Shown: positions 1 through 10,805, numbered from the stretch's first letter. The stretch: DNA of 64,000 bases from Oligoflexales bacterium (GCA_041736175.1 JBGSUI010000234.1:33394-97393), one strand, 5' to 3'. The notes: generated from the letters alone by a model not told the origin. Numbers and translations: made by a program.

Positions 1-5
1 TTGAC

Positions 6-2093
6 GTGCCGCTTTTTCTGAATATCAATGCCGAAGGCGATAAAAATCTCAGTCAATTGGCGATGGTCCAAAACTTCCAACTCGGTAACTTAGCCGAAAT
101 CTCAGCTATGTTTGACTGTCAACAGTCCTGTAGTCGATTTAGGGCAAACTTGATGGCTCGACTAGAGTCCTTTACACGTCTTTATGCCATTGTTGCCCCT
201 ACCAAAGGAACGATCATTCCGGAAAACTTTGCGCCTAAAGACATCGAGGGCAACTTGGACTTCCAGTTTAATGCTAAAGGTCAGATCCCGAACCCACTTA
301 AATCTCCTCTCGCAACCATCCTCAAAGAAGGGGATGTCCGTTTTAGTTTACAGTCGAGGATTTCTAAGCTGTCAACGGTGTTACCTTTTATGAACCTGGC
401 GGTGAAATCTTTTGATAACCGTATCTTAGCGAGTGGTGATCTCAAGGAGCAACAGCTAGAGATCTCACAAAAATTTGACAAGTTAAAGCTGAATCTTCCG
501 CCCCCTGAAGGTAAAACCCAGACTCCTCCTGTACCTTCAAGTGTCGAAGCGGAGAGATACTCTTTTGATTTAGCCGTTAAGAACTCCTTTTCGTCGACGA
601 TTGACTTACAAAAGCCCCTTGCAAATATGACAACGAAAGTCGAAACATGGCTTTATGCCGGTCGAATCGATTTTCCTGCTGTCCTACCTAAACAGCTTTC
701 GGAATTATCCTTTGATACGGTCATCTCTCAGTCCAAGTTGAAATCGATTGACCTGGAGAGTATCAGTCTTAAAATCCCAGACTACGGAACAAGCCTTAAG
801 TTAAGCGCCCATGCGGAAGTCGCAGAAGATTTTATACCGACCCAATTTTCTACCACAGTTACAAGCCAAATAAATCACAACGGAAACGAGAATCTGCCCG
901 GTGGCATAAAAACAGTAGGGCGACTGGACTCTAAAATCTCTTTGAGTTCTCCCAATATGAAACTATTGGCGATCGATGGGTCGATTGGATTTGACAAATT
1001 TAGCTTTGGCCTTTTCGATAAGAAAAATCCTGATATTAAAGTCGTGTCGATTGATGATATCTCGGGTGAAATGCCGCTCAAACAGACGATTAAAATACCC
1101 TATATCAGAGATATCCTTAATAAACAAAAAGAATCCCCAAAAAAAGCTGAAACTTTAGAAAAGTCCGAGGTTGTCGTTAATGATGACAAAGCGGTGAAAA
1201 ATATTGCGTCTAACGACAATATTGGTGGGTCGACTTCAGAAAGTCTCACGGACTCTATGGATCTATATATAGATAAGACAAAAGACAAGTTAAGCGAAAA
1301 TACCAATACTGTATCACTTGTCGATTACAGCTCGATTCGTCCATTTTTCCCTAAAAAGAAGCCTATTTCGATCCGCAGGGTAGAGGTTGCCAACTTGGAG
1401 CTTTCAAACCTTGAATTTGATATCGAAGTTAAACAGAATTGGTTTGCACTCAATCAATATATCATCAGCTTTTTAGGGGGGAAAATCCAAGGCGCCTTTT
1501 TGCTGGCTTTCGATGCAAATTTTCCCAATCTTGAAACGATCGCCGCAGACCTTAAAAAAGTTCCTAAATCATTCAGGACTAGCGTCCAACTTACCCGGCT
1601 GGATACTCGCAAATTGATCGATCGATTTCCAAATCTCAAAGGAAAGGGCGATAGTTTCATTTCGGTTTTTTCTAATCCCTACTTAGACGGCACGGTCCAA
1701 TTATCCTATGATATGCTTACCAACGAAATGGGTGGTGGAATCGAGATTACATCCATTGGAAAAGAACAGCTAAAGATGATTTTATATTATGTAGATCCCT
1801 TTGAGCAGAATCCGACGATCAGCGATATAAGATCGGCTTTAAACCTAGGCGAAGTGAGACAAGTTTCTATCCCCATTAAAAACGGTGAAATCGGTATGTC
1901 CGTGGACGTGAGAGTCTTAGGAGCCCCCTTACCTACACCTAAATTGACCCGCTTTCCCCTCAGCCAAATGATCAAAAACTTTATCGATCAAGGTTCGTCT
2001 CAAGATAAGAAACCAGAGGAGTCGACGGTTGCGCCAAAAAGTGCAGCGGTCTACCGGAAAAAGGAGGAACCCGTCCTATGGTCCAAAAACTGA
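6..2093 (+). CDS. AsmA-like/YdbH-type bridge-like lipid-transfer protein, C-terminal part (5' end outside window)
   Basis: Long beta-strand-rich ORF open from the window edge. AsmA-like C-terminus (LSNLEFDIEVKQNWFALNQYIISFLGGKIQG...). Directly upstream of a YdbL-family gene, as in ydbH-ynbE-ydbL. Confidence 0.6.
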   Translation: MPLFLNINAEGDKNLSQLAMVQNFQLGNLAEISAMFDCQQSCSRFRANLMARLESFTRLYAIVAPTKGTIIPENFAPKDIEGNLDFQFNAKGQIPNPLKSPLATILKEGDVRFSLQSRISKLSTVLPFMNLAVKSFDNRILASGDLKEQQLEISQKFDKLKLNLPPPEGKTQTPPVPSSVEAERYSFDLAVKNSFSSTIDLQKPLANMTTKVETWLYAGRIDFPAVLPKQLSELSFDTVISQSKLKSIDLESISLKIPDYGTSLKLSAHAEVAEDFIPTQFSTTVTSQINHNGNENLPGGIKTVGRLDSKISLSSPNMKLLAIDGSIGFDKFSFGLFDKKNPDIKVVSIDDISGEMPLKQTIKIPYIRDILNKQKESPKKAETLEKSEVVVNDDKAVKNIASNDNIGGSTSESLTDSMDLYIDKTKDKLSENTNTVSLVDYSSIRPFFPKKKPISIRRVEVANLELSNLEFDIEVKQNWFALNQYIISFLGGKIQGAFLLAFDANFPNLETIAADLKKVPKSFRTSVQLTRLDTRKLIDRFPNLKGKGDSFISVFSNPYLDGTVQLSYDMLTNEMGGGIEITSIGKEQLKMILYYVDPFEQNPTISDIRSALNLGEVRQVSIPIKNGEIGMSVDVRVLGAPLPTPKLTRFPLSQMIKNFIDQGSSQDKKPEESTVAPKSAAVYRKKEEPVLWSKN

Positions 2094-2617
2094 TTAAGAA
2101 TCTGGCACTATTCCTGATCTGGTCTCAGACAGCGTGTACGTTCAATTTCGAATTGACTTCCCAGCGAACCGCCCTTGAAAACCAGGTTCTCGGTAGTTAT
2201 AAGGAGATTGAGGACGAACTCATTCTAGTCTCACCGGTAAGAGGTCAATCAAAGGAGGCGGCCGCAAAAGCTCCCCCCAGTGAAGCAGCTAAAGCTAAGA
2301 TGAATCAAGACTTCAACCGAGATGACATCGAAGAACTAAAAAATCTTGGGATCTTAGGGGAGACTTTTGATGGGTCTCTTGCCTTTGCAGATCAAGGGCC
2401 TAAGGCAGATTCTATAAAGACTAAGTTAGCGCGGGATCTTATTGTGGAAGAAAACTCAGACCGAGGACGGATTTGGGCTCATATCATCGCGACCAATCCT
2501 AACCTTTCGCCTAAAGATCTTCCGAATGTGCGACTAACCTATGGCAAAATGATACGCGAAAGATCTCCCCCAGGACATTATTTCCTGACCGAAAACAAGA
2601 CCTGGACCAAAAAATAA
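2078..2617 (+). CDS. YdbL/DUF1318-family probable lipoprotein
   Basis: Signal peptide ending in TAC. YdbL-like motifs LKNLGILGETFDGSL, EENSDR, ERSPPGHYFLTENKTWTKK. Overlaps upstream gene by 16 nt. Confidence 0.75.
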   Translation: MVQKLIKNLALFLIWSQTACTFNFELTSQRTALENQVLGSYKEIEDELILVSPVRGQSKEAAAKAPPSEAAKAKMNQDFNRDDIEELKNLGILGETFDGSLAFADQGPKADSIKTKLARDLIVEENSDRGRIWAHIIATNPNLSPKDLPNVRLTYGKMIRERSPPGHYFLTENKTWTKK

Positions 2618-2627
2618 GTGGGATGGA

Positions 2628-5600
2628 TTGATCATGGGAATATTCAAGGAAGCCTCCATTCTTCGCAGGATGACGGCACTTATAAGCGGCGTTTTTCTGG
2701 TATTAACCACTGCCTTTTGCAGCGGAAGTAAGTATCTGGACGAAATTTATCCCCAAAACCAGCCTCTTTCGGATTCCATCAGCGTACCGGAAAGAGTGAC
2801 CGCAGGGAGCGAGTCAAATTTTGCCCCTAATCTATCGCCGAATGGAGCTTATGTTATCTATACCTCGGATAAAACGGGAAACAAGGACCTTTGGGAAAAA
2901 AGCACGACTGGAGGCTATGGACGACAGCTAACCTTTCACTCAGCCGATGACTTTTCTCCAGTGATCAATAACAAGGGTGACCAAATAGCTTTCGTATCAA
3001 GACGAGAGGATGCAGCCGGAGATATCCATATCAAAGACCTGTCGTCCTCTCCTTTTTCTTTTGCCTCGGGGAACCAATCCGAGGGGACTCTGGAAGTGAT
3101 CCAATCAAATATGACTGAGGACACCAATCCGGAGTGGTTTCCAGATTCTTCTAAAATCATTTTTGCGGCCCGTAAGCCCGGAGACAAATATCCACAAATA
3201 ACAGTTGCCTCTCTGGACGACTTGATCCCTAAACCCCTTGGCGAAGCCCGAGGGGATCAACCCTCGGTGTCCCCCGACGGAAACCAAGTTGTTTACGTCA
3301 AAGATGGGGGACTCAGACTCTACGATATAGAAGCGGAAAAGGACTATGCGCTCACCGAAGGTGGCTACCTTCAAGATGGCCAGCCGCGGTTTTCAAACAG
3401 CGGTGAAGAGATCGTGTTTATCAGGTATGCAGATGATACCAATAACGACGGCTTTCTAAACGCTGATGATAGGTCTTCCATATGGAAGTTAACTGTTAAA
3501 TCAGCTTTAGCTGATAAAAATAAACAAACTTATCTGGTGACTCCACTGACCACGTCGAGTTTTGCAGGGTACAACCCCCAGATGACAAGTCCTTTTCTAT
3601 ACTTAACTCTTCAAACCCACAATGGCCTAGATATCTTTAAGCTAAGTGAAAGTGGCCAGATTACTCCAGCTATCGATCTAGACAAACTTAGATCCCAGAG
3701 GGATTTGGCACCTGACCTTTGGTCCAAACTGTACGTTCTTAGATTAGGAGCCACTCATTTTTTTAAACTCAACCAGCAATCTCATGCTGCAGAAGCAGCC
3801 CTGATGGAGTTGGACCTACTATCCAGGAATAGCCGACAGCCCGAATTTATCTGGGCCTATAGGAAATTTAAAGCAACCTTCGGAAACCAATCCCAGTGGA
3901 CCACGTTAGCAGATCTCTTTCGACTTAATCTCGAACTTCAGCCCCTTCGCTACCAACTCGGATCGAGCGACCTTACAAAGGACCAAGAAGAAAAGTTAAA
4001 TGAAGTCGAGGGTGGCGTCATGGCCATCATTAAGGGCCTACAAGGAAAATCTCAAGCCAATAAACAGCCCTATGACAGTCGCATCACAGCGATGGCTAAA
4101 TATATCCGAGCGCAAATAGCAGCGTCACGGAGAAAGTTTTTTGAGTCCTATGCCATTATCGAAGAAATTGTCTTAAATCATCCAGACCAAACAGAAATAT
4201 GCGCCCAGGTGCAATTATTTCATGCATCTATGATTCCGGCGACAAGTGATACCAGCACAGCTCTTGAAAAACTCAAAACTGTTGTCCAAAAATATAAGTC
4301 CCAAAGGTCGGTCGCCATAGATGCGGGCTCATTAGCTATTTCTTTAACATCGGCGAGACCCGTTGAACAAACGGAGATTCTAGGTCAACTTAAGGAGTCC
4401 GCAAAAGGGTTGCCGATTTTGCCAGCGATTGCCCATATGAAGATCGCCGAGATATTTGCTTCGGAAAATAAAAAGGCAGTATACGCTAACGAACTAAGGC
4501 AAATTGTAGATCTCTACCCGGATTCTCCCGAGGTGACTTTAGCAGCAGCCGAAAAGCTCTTACCCCTCGAAGAAGCCGATGGACGGTACACAAATTCAGA
4601 AGAGTCTCTTAGGAGACTCTTTGAAAAGATTAAAGGGGATGTGCCGGAATATAAGATGAGAGCAAAAAGCCTGCTTATGGAAACAATACTTCACCATGGG
4701 GAATATTTTTTAAGAAAAAACGCTTTTGCAGATGCTTGTCGAGAATATGAGAAGGTGATTTCCATCGATTCCTTAAACGTGAGTGGCCATAGGGGGCTGG
4801 TTGACTGTAAATTTAAGCTTGGCCAACTTGATGAGATTCTTGATACCTACCAAGAAAAGGCAGAAGACTACCCCAATCATGCGGCCTATGCGTATATTTA
4901 TGGATACGCACTCACCTATCTTATTGATGGCGAAAGCTCGCCTAGGCTTAAGTTGGGTGCCATTGACGATAGCATCGACCAGATCGAGATCGCTAGGTCG
5001 ATCAATAGCCAGATCTTGCAGATCCACCAAACCCTTGGTTGGCTCTATTTCCAAAGGGGATACTGGCAAGATCGCTACTATAAATCAGGGTCGGTTTTGG
5101 GCTCAGTGCGCCAAAAAGCTGGCATGGTGCAGAATTTTTTTGGGGTCACCTCTCCGAATTGGCTCCAGCTCTCCATTGACTCATACCATACGGCGTATTT
5201 TTTGAGTAAAGAAAACTCATACGAACGGGTCACGATAGCCCTTAACCTGGGCCAGACTTATTATGAACTTAAAAACTTTCAAAAGGCTCTGACTTACTAT
5301 TTAGAACGTATCAAAAGGCTTGAGGAAATCCCACTAAGAGATCCTCGGACGGAGGGAGTACTCTTTAGGAGAGCAGGTCGTTCGGCCTTTCAGATCGATG
5401 AGTTGCAGCTCGCTGAGAACTTGCAAAAAGAAGCACTCAATCGTTGGGAGAGTCTCAACGATGATCTGGAAGTGTCTTATTCTACGGATGCACTAGCACT
5501 CACCCAGCGAGAGCAAGGAAAATATCGTGATGCCATCAAACTCTACGAAAGACTCCTCGAAGCGACGACTCGAAATAACCAGACTCTTAATAAGCTCGGA

Positions 5601-8600
5601 GCGTTGTCTAACCTTGGATACTGCTACTTTGTCGACAATAAGTTTGATGAGTCCCTAAAATATTTTGATCTGGCTCAGGCCGAACTTGATCAAATGAACG
5701 CTAAAGATGAAGATGCAGACGATTCGAATGGTGCGATTAAGGTCGACCTCGGGGGCCAAGGATCGGCAGCCAAGGGATTTGACCTTTTTGCACGCAGAAA
5801 TCTGATTCTTTCCTTTAAAGCCTCCATCTATGGAAAGCTAAATCGACTTGATTTACAACTCGACAGTCTCAATAAAAAGCTCGAAATCCTGTCAGCCCAT
5901 AGGGAGTCTGAGATAGACGACGCAGGAAAATCAGAAAAGTTTATGGCAGAAGAGATATCGATCACCCAAAATAATATTGCTGCCTTAAAGCTGTCTCTTG
6001 GACGGCAAGATCAATCCATCCAGGGTTTTCGTGATGCCGAGGCGACAGCAAAGCTCCTGCGCCCCGAAGATCAGACCTACAAAAATAAGGGGGAGATCAC
6101 CAATGCCCTCAACGCATCACGTTTAGATCTGCGATTAGCGAGTCTCAATATCCTAGGGGGAGGGGATATTAAACAGAGGTATATGGACCTCAAAGAAGCG
6201 GCAGATAACTTGAAACCAGTCTATAAAAGCGGCTCTAAAGAGCAGGGGCAGTCGATAGCAGAGTTTATGGCTTTGGCGACGTCCTTTAAAAGGATTATCG
6301 ACCCTAAATCCACAGATACCGATGCTCTTTTGGTTGATACGGTCCAAATCGTCAAGAGAGGAGATCTATCCGATCAAGTCAAGAATGGTGCTCTGCTAGC
6401 GTTTAACGGCTCTGATAAAAACCAAATCGATCTTTCTAAAGAGGGATTTTTGGCAGAACCTGCAAACCAAGTAAAACCAGGCGAAACAAAAGAAGCCGAT
6501 AATCCTAGCGATATCGCTTCGTACACTGAACTGTTGGAACAAAGCAAGGCATCTTTTAAAGATAAACAGCAATATGGTTGGAAATTGGCCATCATTAACA
6601 AAAATCTTGGTCAAGCCCAAAAAGCACTCGAGGAGTTGGTGTTAGACGGTGGATTTCTGTCGAATCCAGTCGACAGGCGGCTAGCGCGCAGTCTTGCAGA
6701 ACTCAAGATCGTTGAATCGATCAAAGGCAAAAATGAGGGCGCCCTTATAACGGCGGTGCGCGACCAGAATCGCTATCGACTCTTAGAAATGATAAACCGA
6801 GGGACCGCAAATATTGAGAAAGAAAAAAGAGACGAAATCCTGGGTTATTATCGTGGATTGTTAGAAGTCAAAAATTTGGAGTTCCTAGCGACTGCACTCA
6901 AATCAAGAGAACATATCCTCTTAGCCTATAGGACTTTGGGTGGATACCTTGCCGTTGTCCACCTGACGAAGGAAGGGGATAAGATCTCCCCGACGGTGGT
7001 CAGTAGCTATGGGAAACCAAATGCCACCTGGTCTGAGGAGAGTGCACGACTAAGACTCGCTGTGACGGCGCTTATCAATAGTCCCTTGATCGCTCAAAAG
7101 ATAAAGCCAGGTGATTCTCTTTATATTGTTCCTGCGATGGAATTGCATGGTTTAGAGTGGGAAAGCCTTAATTTCAAGGGACAAAAACTAGGCAAAGCCC
7201 ATGTGTTAGCCTACTTACCCGCCGTTGAGGCTCTGCCAGAATATGTGGCCAAAGGCAAAATCCTTAAAAATTGGATTGGGCTGGTGTCGCAACATACAGA
7301 AATACCCGATAAAACGACCAACCCATTTCAAAAAATACTTAACGATCAGCAGAGTTTTGAAGAAATCAATGGAGATGGAGAAAAGTCCCTCGTCAAATCC
7401 ATCAGAAACTACAATATTGTCCATATCGAAAAGCCTATTCTTATCAGCCAATCAGAACCAGCTAAGACAACCTTGCTCATGGTCATTAAAAAGGATCTCA
7501 ATGATCAGGAGTCAAAACCAGACGACGAACCACTCAAAGAGTCCCACAGGGATGATCTATACCTCAACGATTTTTTGACATCTCCAACTCCACAGACCAC
7601 GGGAATCATTTTTGCGAATCTAAAGGAGAGTGCAGAAAGGTATTCTATCGGTGAAGGGGAAGACGCATGGGCTTACCTATCACTTGTCACACTAAAAGCT
7701 GGGATTCCAAGTATCCTGCTGACTACCTCCAAGCCAGAGTCAACTGAGGAGGAATCAGGGTCAATTGAAAGTGGTTTTGAGGAATGGACGACGTTTTATA
7801 ACAAGCTAGCTGATTCTTCTATATCAGAGAGTCTCCATCAATCCGCAATCGAAGGCAGGGTTTATGGGTTTTTTGGAATAAGCTCAAGTCAGGAGCTTGC
7901 GTTTGCAAAAGATAGGATTGAAAAGACCGTAAACCAAGCAGACGAGGCTTATGACGATGGCGACTATCTATTGGCCTCGGAGCTTTATAAGGAAGCCCTA
8001 TTTTATAACGATAGGATTGGCAAAAAAGATAATGATGTCTTGGACAGAATTGTAGCGAGTCTTTTTCAGTTAAGAGAATATTCCGCAGCTCTTCACTTTA
8101 AAAAAATTGCAAGCTCCCGACTTAAGCCAGCCCCAAAGGGCCAACCAGGAGCCGACAAAGATCCAGTGGACTACGGAAACAGCGTCATAGAGGCGGCAGT
8201 GTTAGCTGTAAGAGCAAAAAAACACAAACAAGCAGAAAGTTTGTTAAACGAGGCGGAGACAATCTTTAAAGCAGAAGAGGACTACGCTCAATTGGGCAAA
8301 ATTGCCCAGTACCGAGGAATAGACGCTGAAAATCAGAAGAACTATGAAAAAACCATCGAATGGTACCGGGTCTCCATGGATCTCTATAGTAAAGTTAACA
8401 AAGGTGAGTCGACCCAGAGGCTCCTCAATATTGGAAATATTTACAACGCGAGGCTTTCTGAGTATGCAAAAGCCATCGAGTATTACGAACTTGCCGAAGC
8501 AAACTTTAAGGCAGAAGGCTCAAAAGACTATATTCCTGTACTTATCGATAAGGCCAACGCTTTTATCGCCATTGGGCAAGTGGAAGATGCGATTATCTTA

Positions 8601-10805
8601 CTGGAACGCAATGTGATCACTCGACTCGACAAAGATAAAGAAAAGGACCTTTGGGTGAGATCCACCCAGCTCCTAGCAAGCGCCTATTTACGTTCGGGGC
8701 TCCTTGTGCAAGCAAAAGAGCTGAACGAAAAAACAATTATAGAATCGCGAAAAATAGAAGACTCTAGGGATAAAATGAAGCCGATTTCGCGAGAGATCGA
8801 TGCGATTGGCTTGAAGGGATACATCCTCTCAGCGATGGGAGATTTTACGGGCGGATTCGAAGAATTCAAAAATGCAATCAATATAGCAAACAAATATAAA
8901 CTCAAAGGGCAGCTTGCGGTTTTATACAATAATTATGGATTTTGGGCCCGAGAGTATGGGGCTGTTGACGAATCTATTGAGTTTTTTAGTCTAGCCCTTA
9001 AGTACGATACAGAGCTTAAATCCAAATCAGGGATCGCCGTCGACCAAAGAAATATGGCGCTCAGTGTGATTCTCAAGGGAGACTATACCAGAGCTAAAGA
9101 TCTCCTCCAGGTGTCCCTAAAGACCAGCCAAGAACTTAATCTTGTGTATAACAGTATCTACTGCCAGTTTGGACTTGGGGATATTGCTTTAAGAGAAAAT
9201 CAATTTGATTTAGCCCGCAAGCATTTTGAAGAATCCCTAAGGATAGCGCAGAAAAATGGGTTTAAAGAGTTTATCTGGAAATCCCATGCTGGAATTGCCC
9301 AGGCGGAATTGGAGCTAGGGAGCTTTGAGAAATCAGCCGGGGAGTCGGCAAAAGCGATCGCCATCATAGAGTCTCAGAAAGCTGGATTAAAATCAGGATC
9401 GTCCAAGTCAGAATTTCAATCCGAGAAGGGTGTGCAAGAAGTCTACCAAACCTATGCAGTCGCTTTGATGAAGTTAGGCAAGATCGACAAAGCCTGGAGC
9501 CTTGCCGAGAAGGCCCGAGGGAGAGCCTATCTTGATTCCTTTGGATCTAAAAAAATCAATCTAGCCAATGAAGACAGCCAAAGACTCCTACTTGAGGAAC
9601 AACGTTTAAGACGTAGCCTCGATGGAGCCATGTCCTACCACAGGCGACTTCAAAGTGCAGGGGTCTCGGGACCAAAAGCCGCGAGTGCACTGCAAGAAGT
9701 CAACAAGTTTGCAGCGGCTAGACGTGGTGTTATAGCCCAGATGTATAAGCTGGACAAACAGCTCCTAGAACTGGTGACCACTAGCGCGATTTCGGCTGGC
9801 GAGGTCGCCAAAAAGTTGCCTGACTCCACAGGGATACTGGAATACTTAGTTACAAAAAATAACTTGTTGGTCTGGTTCGTGGCAGAGGGAAAGGTGGCGG
9901 GCAAAATGATTCCCATGAATCCAACAGATTTTTCCAAAAAAATCGCGGACTACCGATTGCTTATGCAAAATTACTCATCTCCACAGTATCTGGGGCAAGA
10001 GCTAAGCGATTTACTGTTGATGCCTTTTGCGGAAGAGCTTAAAAAGCTCAAACGAGTGCTTATCGTACCCCATAAGGACCTGCATTTTGTCTCATTTGCC
10101 TCACTGCCGCTTTATGGCAAGTTTACAATTGACCAGTTTTCTCTTGCATATCTGGAATCGTCGACCTTTCTGAGATATATACCGGAACAAAGTGTTCCCT
10201 TTGATCCGAATGGCACAAAAATCCTGGCATTTTCCAATCCTAACGACCCACTTAAAGATCGTCCAAACTTACCTTTTGCGACTAAGGAAGCTGAGGTCCT
10301 AAAAAGATATTTCCGAAATGTCGAAGTCCACAATGGGCAAAATGCCACTGAAACAAAGCTGAAACAAGCCAAGTCTCTCGACATCCTTCATATTGGATCC
10401 CATGGAGTCTTTAATGATAAGTTTCCCGAGGACTCTAGCATTTTGCTGTCTGCAGACAAAGACAATGACGGCTTTCTAAAGATCATGGAGATTTTTGGTT
10501 TGAACTTGCGGCCCAAAATGGTGACCCTTTCGGCCTGCGAGAGTGGGATGGGGGTTATATCCTCTGCTGATGAGATCATAGGGCTTAACCGGGCCTTTTT
10601 TCAGACCGGAGCGACTACGTTGGTGTCCGCATTGTGGAGAATCAATGATGTGACCAGTGCGGTCACCATGAAGCGCTTTTATCGAAACCTAGCCACTGGA
10701 CAACCGAAAGACCTCGCTCTTGTCAATGCTCAAAAAGTAGTCCGTACCTACTTCAAACATCCGGCCTATTGGGCGGCCTTTAGAGTGGTTGGGGATTGGA
10801 AATAG
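2628..10805 (+). CDS. Giant exported protein: TolB-like PD40 propeller + TPR + degenerate CHAT + TPR + C-terminal CHAT (caspase HetF-associated) protease
   Basis: Hydrophobic N-terminus with Cys. PD40 repeats (PNLSPNGAYVIYTS, PEWFPDSSKIIF, PSVSPDGNQVVY, PRFSNSGEEIVF). Many TPRs. CHAT motifs LIVPHKDLHFVSFASL, LHIGSHG, VTLSACESG, VSALWRIND, HPAYWAAFRVVG. Confidence 0.9.
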   Translation: MIMGIFKEASILRRMTALISGVFLVLTTAFCSGSKYLDEIYPQNQPLSDSISVPERVTAGSESNFAPNLSPNGAYVIYTSDKTGNKDLWEKSTTGGYGRQLTFHSADDFSPVINNKGDQIAFVSRREDAAGDIHIKDLSSSPFSFASGNQSEGTLEVIQSNMTEDTNPEWFPDSSKIIFAARKPGDKYPQITVASLDDLIPKPLGEARGDQPSVSPDGNQVVYVKDGGLRLYDIEAEKDYALTEGGYLQDGQPRFSNSGEEIVFIRYADDTNNDGFLNADDRSSIWKLTVKSALADKNKQTYLVTPLTTSSFAGYNPQMTSPFLYLTLQTHNGLDIFKLSESGQITPAIDLDKLRSQRDLAPDLWSKLYVLRLGATHFFKLNQQSHAAEAALMELDLLSRNSRQPEFIWAYRKFKATFGNQSQWTTLADLFRLNLELQPLRYQLGSSDLTKDQEEKLNEVEGGVMAIIKGLQGKSQANKQPYDSRITAMAKYIRAQIAASRRKFFESYAIIEEIVLNHPDQTEICAQVQLFHASMIPATSDTSTALEKLKTVVQKYKSQRSVAIDAGSLAISLTSARPVEQTEILGQLKESAKGLPILPAIAHMKIAEIFASENKKAVYANELRQIVDLYPDSPEVTLAAAEKLLPLEEADGRYTNSEESLRRLFEKIKGDVPEYKMRAKSLLMETILHHGEYFLRKNAFADACREYEKVISIDSLNVSGHRGLVDCKFKLGQLDEILDTYQEKAEDYPNHAAYAYIYGYALTYLIDGESSPRLKLGAIDDSIDQIEIARSINSQILQIHQTLGWLYFQRGYWQDRYYKSGSVLGSVRQKAGMVQNFFGVTSPNWLQLSIDSYHTAYFLSKENSYERVTIALNLGQTYYELKNFQKALTYYLERIKRLEEIPLRDPRTEGVLFRRAGRSAFQIDELQLAENLQKEALNRWESLNDDLEVSYSTDALALTQREQGKYRDAIKLYERLLEATTRNNQTLNKLGALSNLGYCYFVDNKFDESLKYFDLAQAELDQMNAKDEDADDSNGAIKVDLGGQGSAAKGFDLFARRNLILSFKASIYGKLNRLDLQLDSLNKKLEILSAHRESEIDDAGKSEKFMAEEISITQNNIAALKLSLGRQDQSIQGFRDAEATAKLLRPEDQTYKNKGEITNALNASRLDLRLASLNILGGGDIKQRYMDLKEAADNLKPVYKSGSKEQGQSIAEFMALATSFKRIIDPKSTDTDALLVDTVQIVKRGDLSDQVKNGALLAFNGSDKNQIDLSKEGFLAEPANQVKPGETKEADNPSDIASYTELLEQSKASFKDKQQYGWKLAIINKNLGQAQKALEELVLDGGFLSNPVDRRLARSLAELKIVESIKGKNEGALITAVRDQNRYRLLEMINRGTANIEKEKRDEILGYYRGLLEVKNLEFLATALKSREHILLAYRTLGGYLAVVHLTKEGDKISPTVVSSYGKPNATWSEESARLRLAVTALINSPLIAQKIKPGDSLYIVPAMELHGLEWESLNFKGQKLGKAHVLAYLPAVEALPEYVAKGKILKNWIGLVSQHTEIPDKTTNPFQKILNDQQSFEEINGDGEKSLVKSIRNYNIVHIEKPILISQSEPAKTTLLMVIKKDLNDQESKPDDEPLKESHRDDLYLNDFLTSPTPQTTGIIFANLKESAERYSIGEGEDAWAYLSLVTLKAGIPSILLTTSKPESTEEESGSIESGFEEWTTFYNKLADSSISESLHQSAIEGRVYGFFGISSSQELAFAKDRIEKTVNQADEAYDDGDYLLASELYKEALFYNDRIGKKDNDVLDRIVASLFQLREYSAALHFKKIASSRLKPAPKGQPGADKDPVDYGNSVIEAAVLAVRAKKHKQAESLLNEAETIFKAEEDYAQLGKIAQYRGIDAENQKNYEKTIEWYRVSMDLYSKVNKGESTQRLLNIGNIYNARLSEYAKAIEYYELAEANFKAEGSKDYIPVLIDKANAFIAIGQVEDAIILLERNVITRLDKDKEKDLWVRSTQLLASAYLRSGLLVQAKELNEKTIIESRKIEDSRDKMKPISREIDAIGLKGYILSAMGDFTGGFEEFKNAINIANKYKLKGQLAVLYNNYGFWAREYGAVDESIEFFSLALKYDTELKSKSGIAVDQRNMALSVILKGDYTRAKDLLQVSLKTSQELNLVYNSIYCQFGLGDIALRENQFDLARKHFEESLRIAQKNGFKEFIWKSHAGIAQAELELGSFEKSAGESAKAIAIIESQKAGLKSGSSKSEFQSEKGVQEVYQTYAVALMKLGKIDKAWSLAEKARGRAYLDSFGSKKINLANEDSQRLLLEEQRLRRSLDGAMSYHRRLQSAGVSGPKAASALQEVNKFAAARRGVIAQMYKLDKQLLELVTTSAISAGEVAKKLPDSTGILEYLVTKNNLLVWFVAEGKVAGKMIPMNPTDFSKKIADYRLLMQNYSSPQYLGQELSDLLLMPFAEELKKLKRVLIVPHKDLHFVSFASLPLYGKFTIDQFSLAYLESSTFLRYIPEQSVPFDPNGTKILAFSNPNDPLKDRPNLPFATKEAEVLKRYFRNVEVHNGQNATETKLKQAKSLDILHIGSHGVFNDKFPEDSSILLSADKDNDGFLKIMEIFGLNLRPKMVTLSACESGMGVISSADEIIGLNRAFFQTGATTLVSALWRINDVTSAVTMKRFYRNLATGQPKDLALVNAQKVVRTYFKHPAYWAAFRVVGDWK

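Noticed and set aside
2628..10805. TPR-CHAT as a Craspase (type III-E CRISPR) or gasdermin-activating component
   Set aside because: No cas genes, CRISPR array or recognisable gasdermin in the window, and the protein looks exported.
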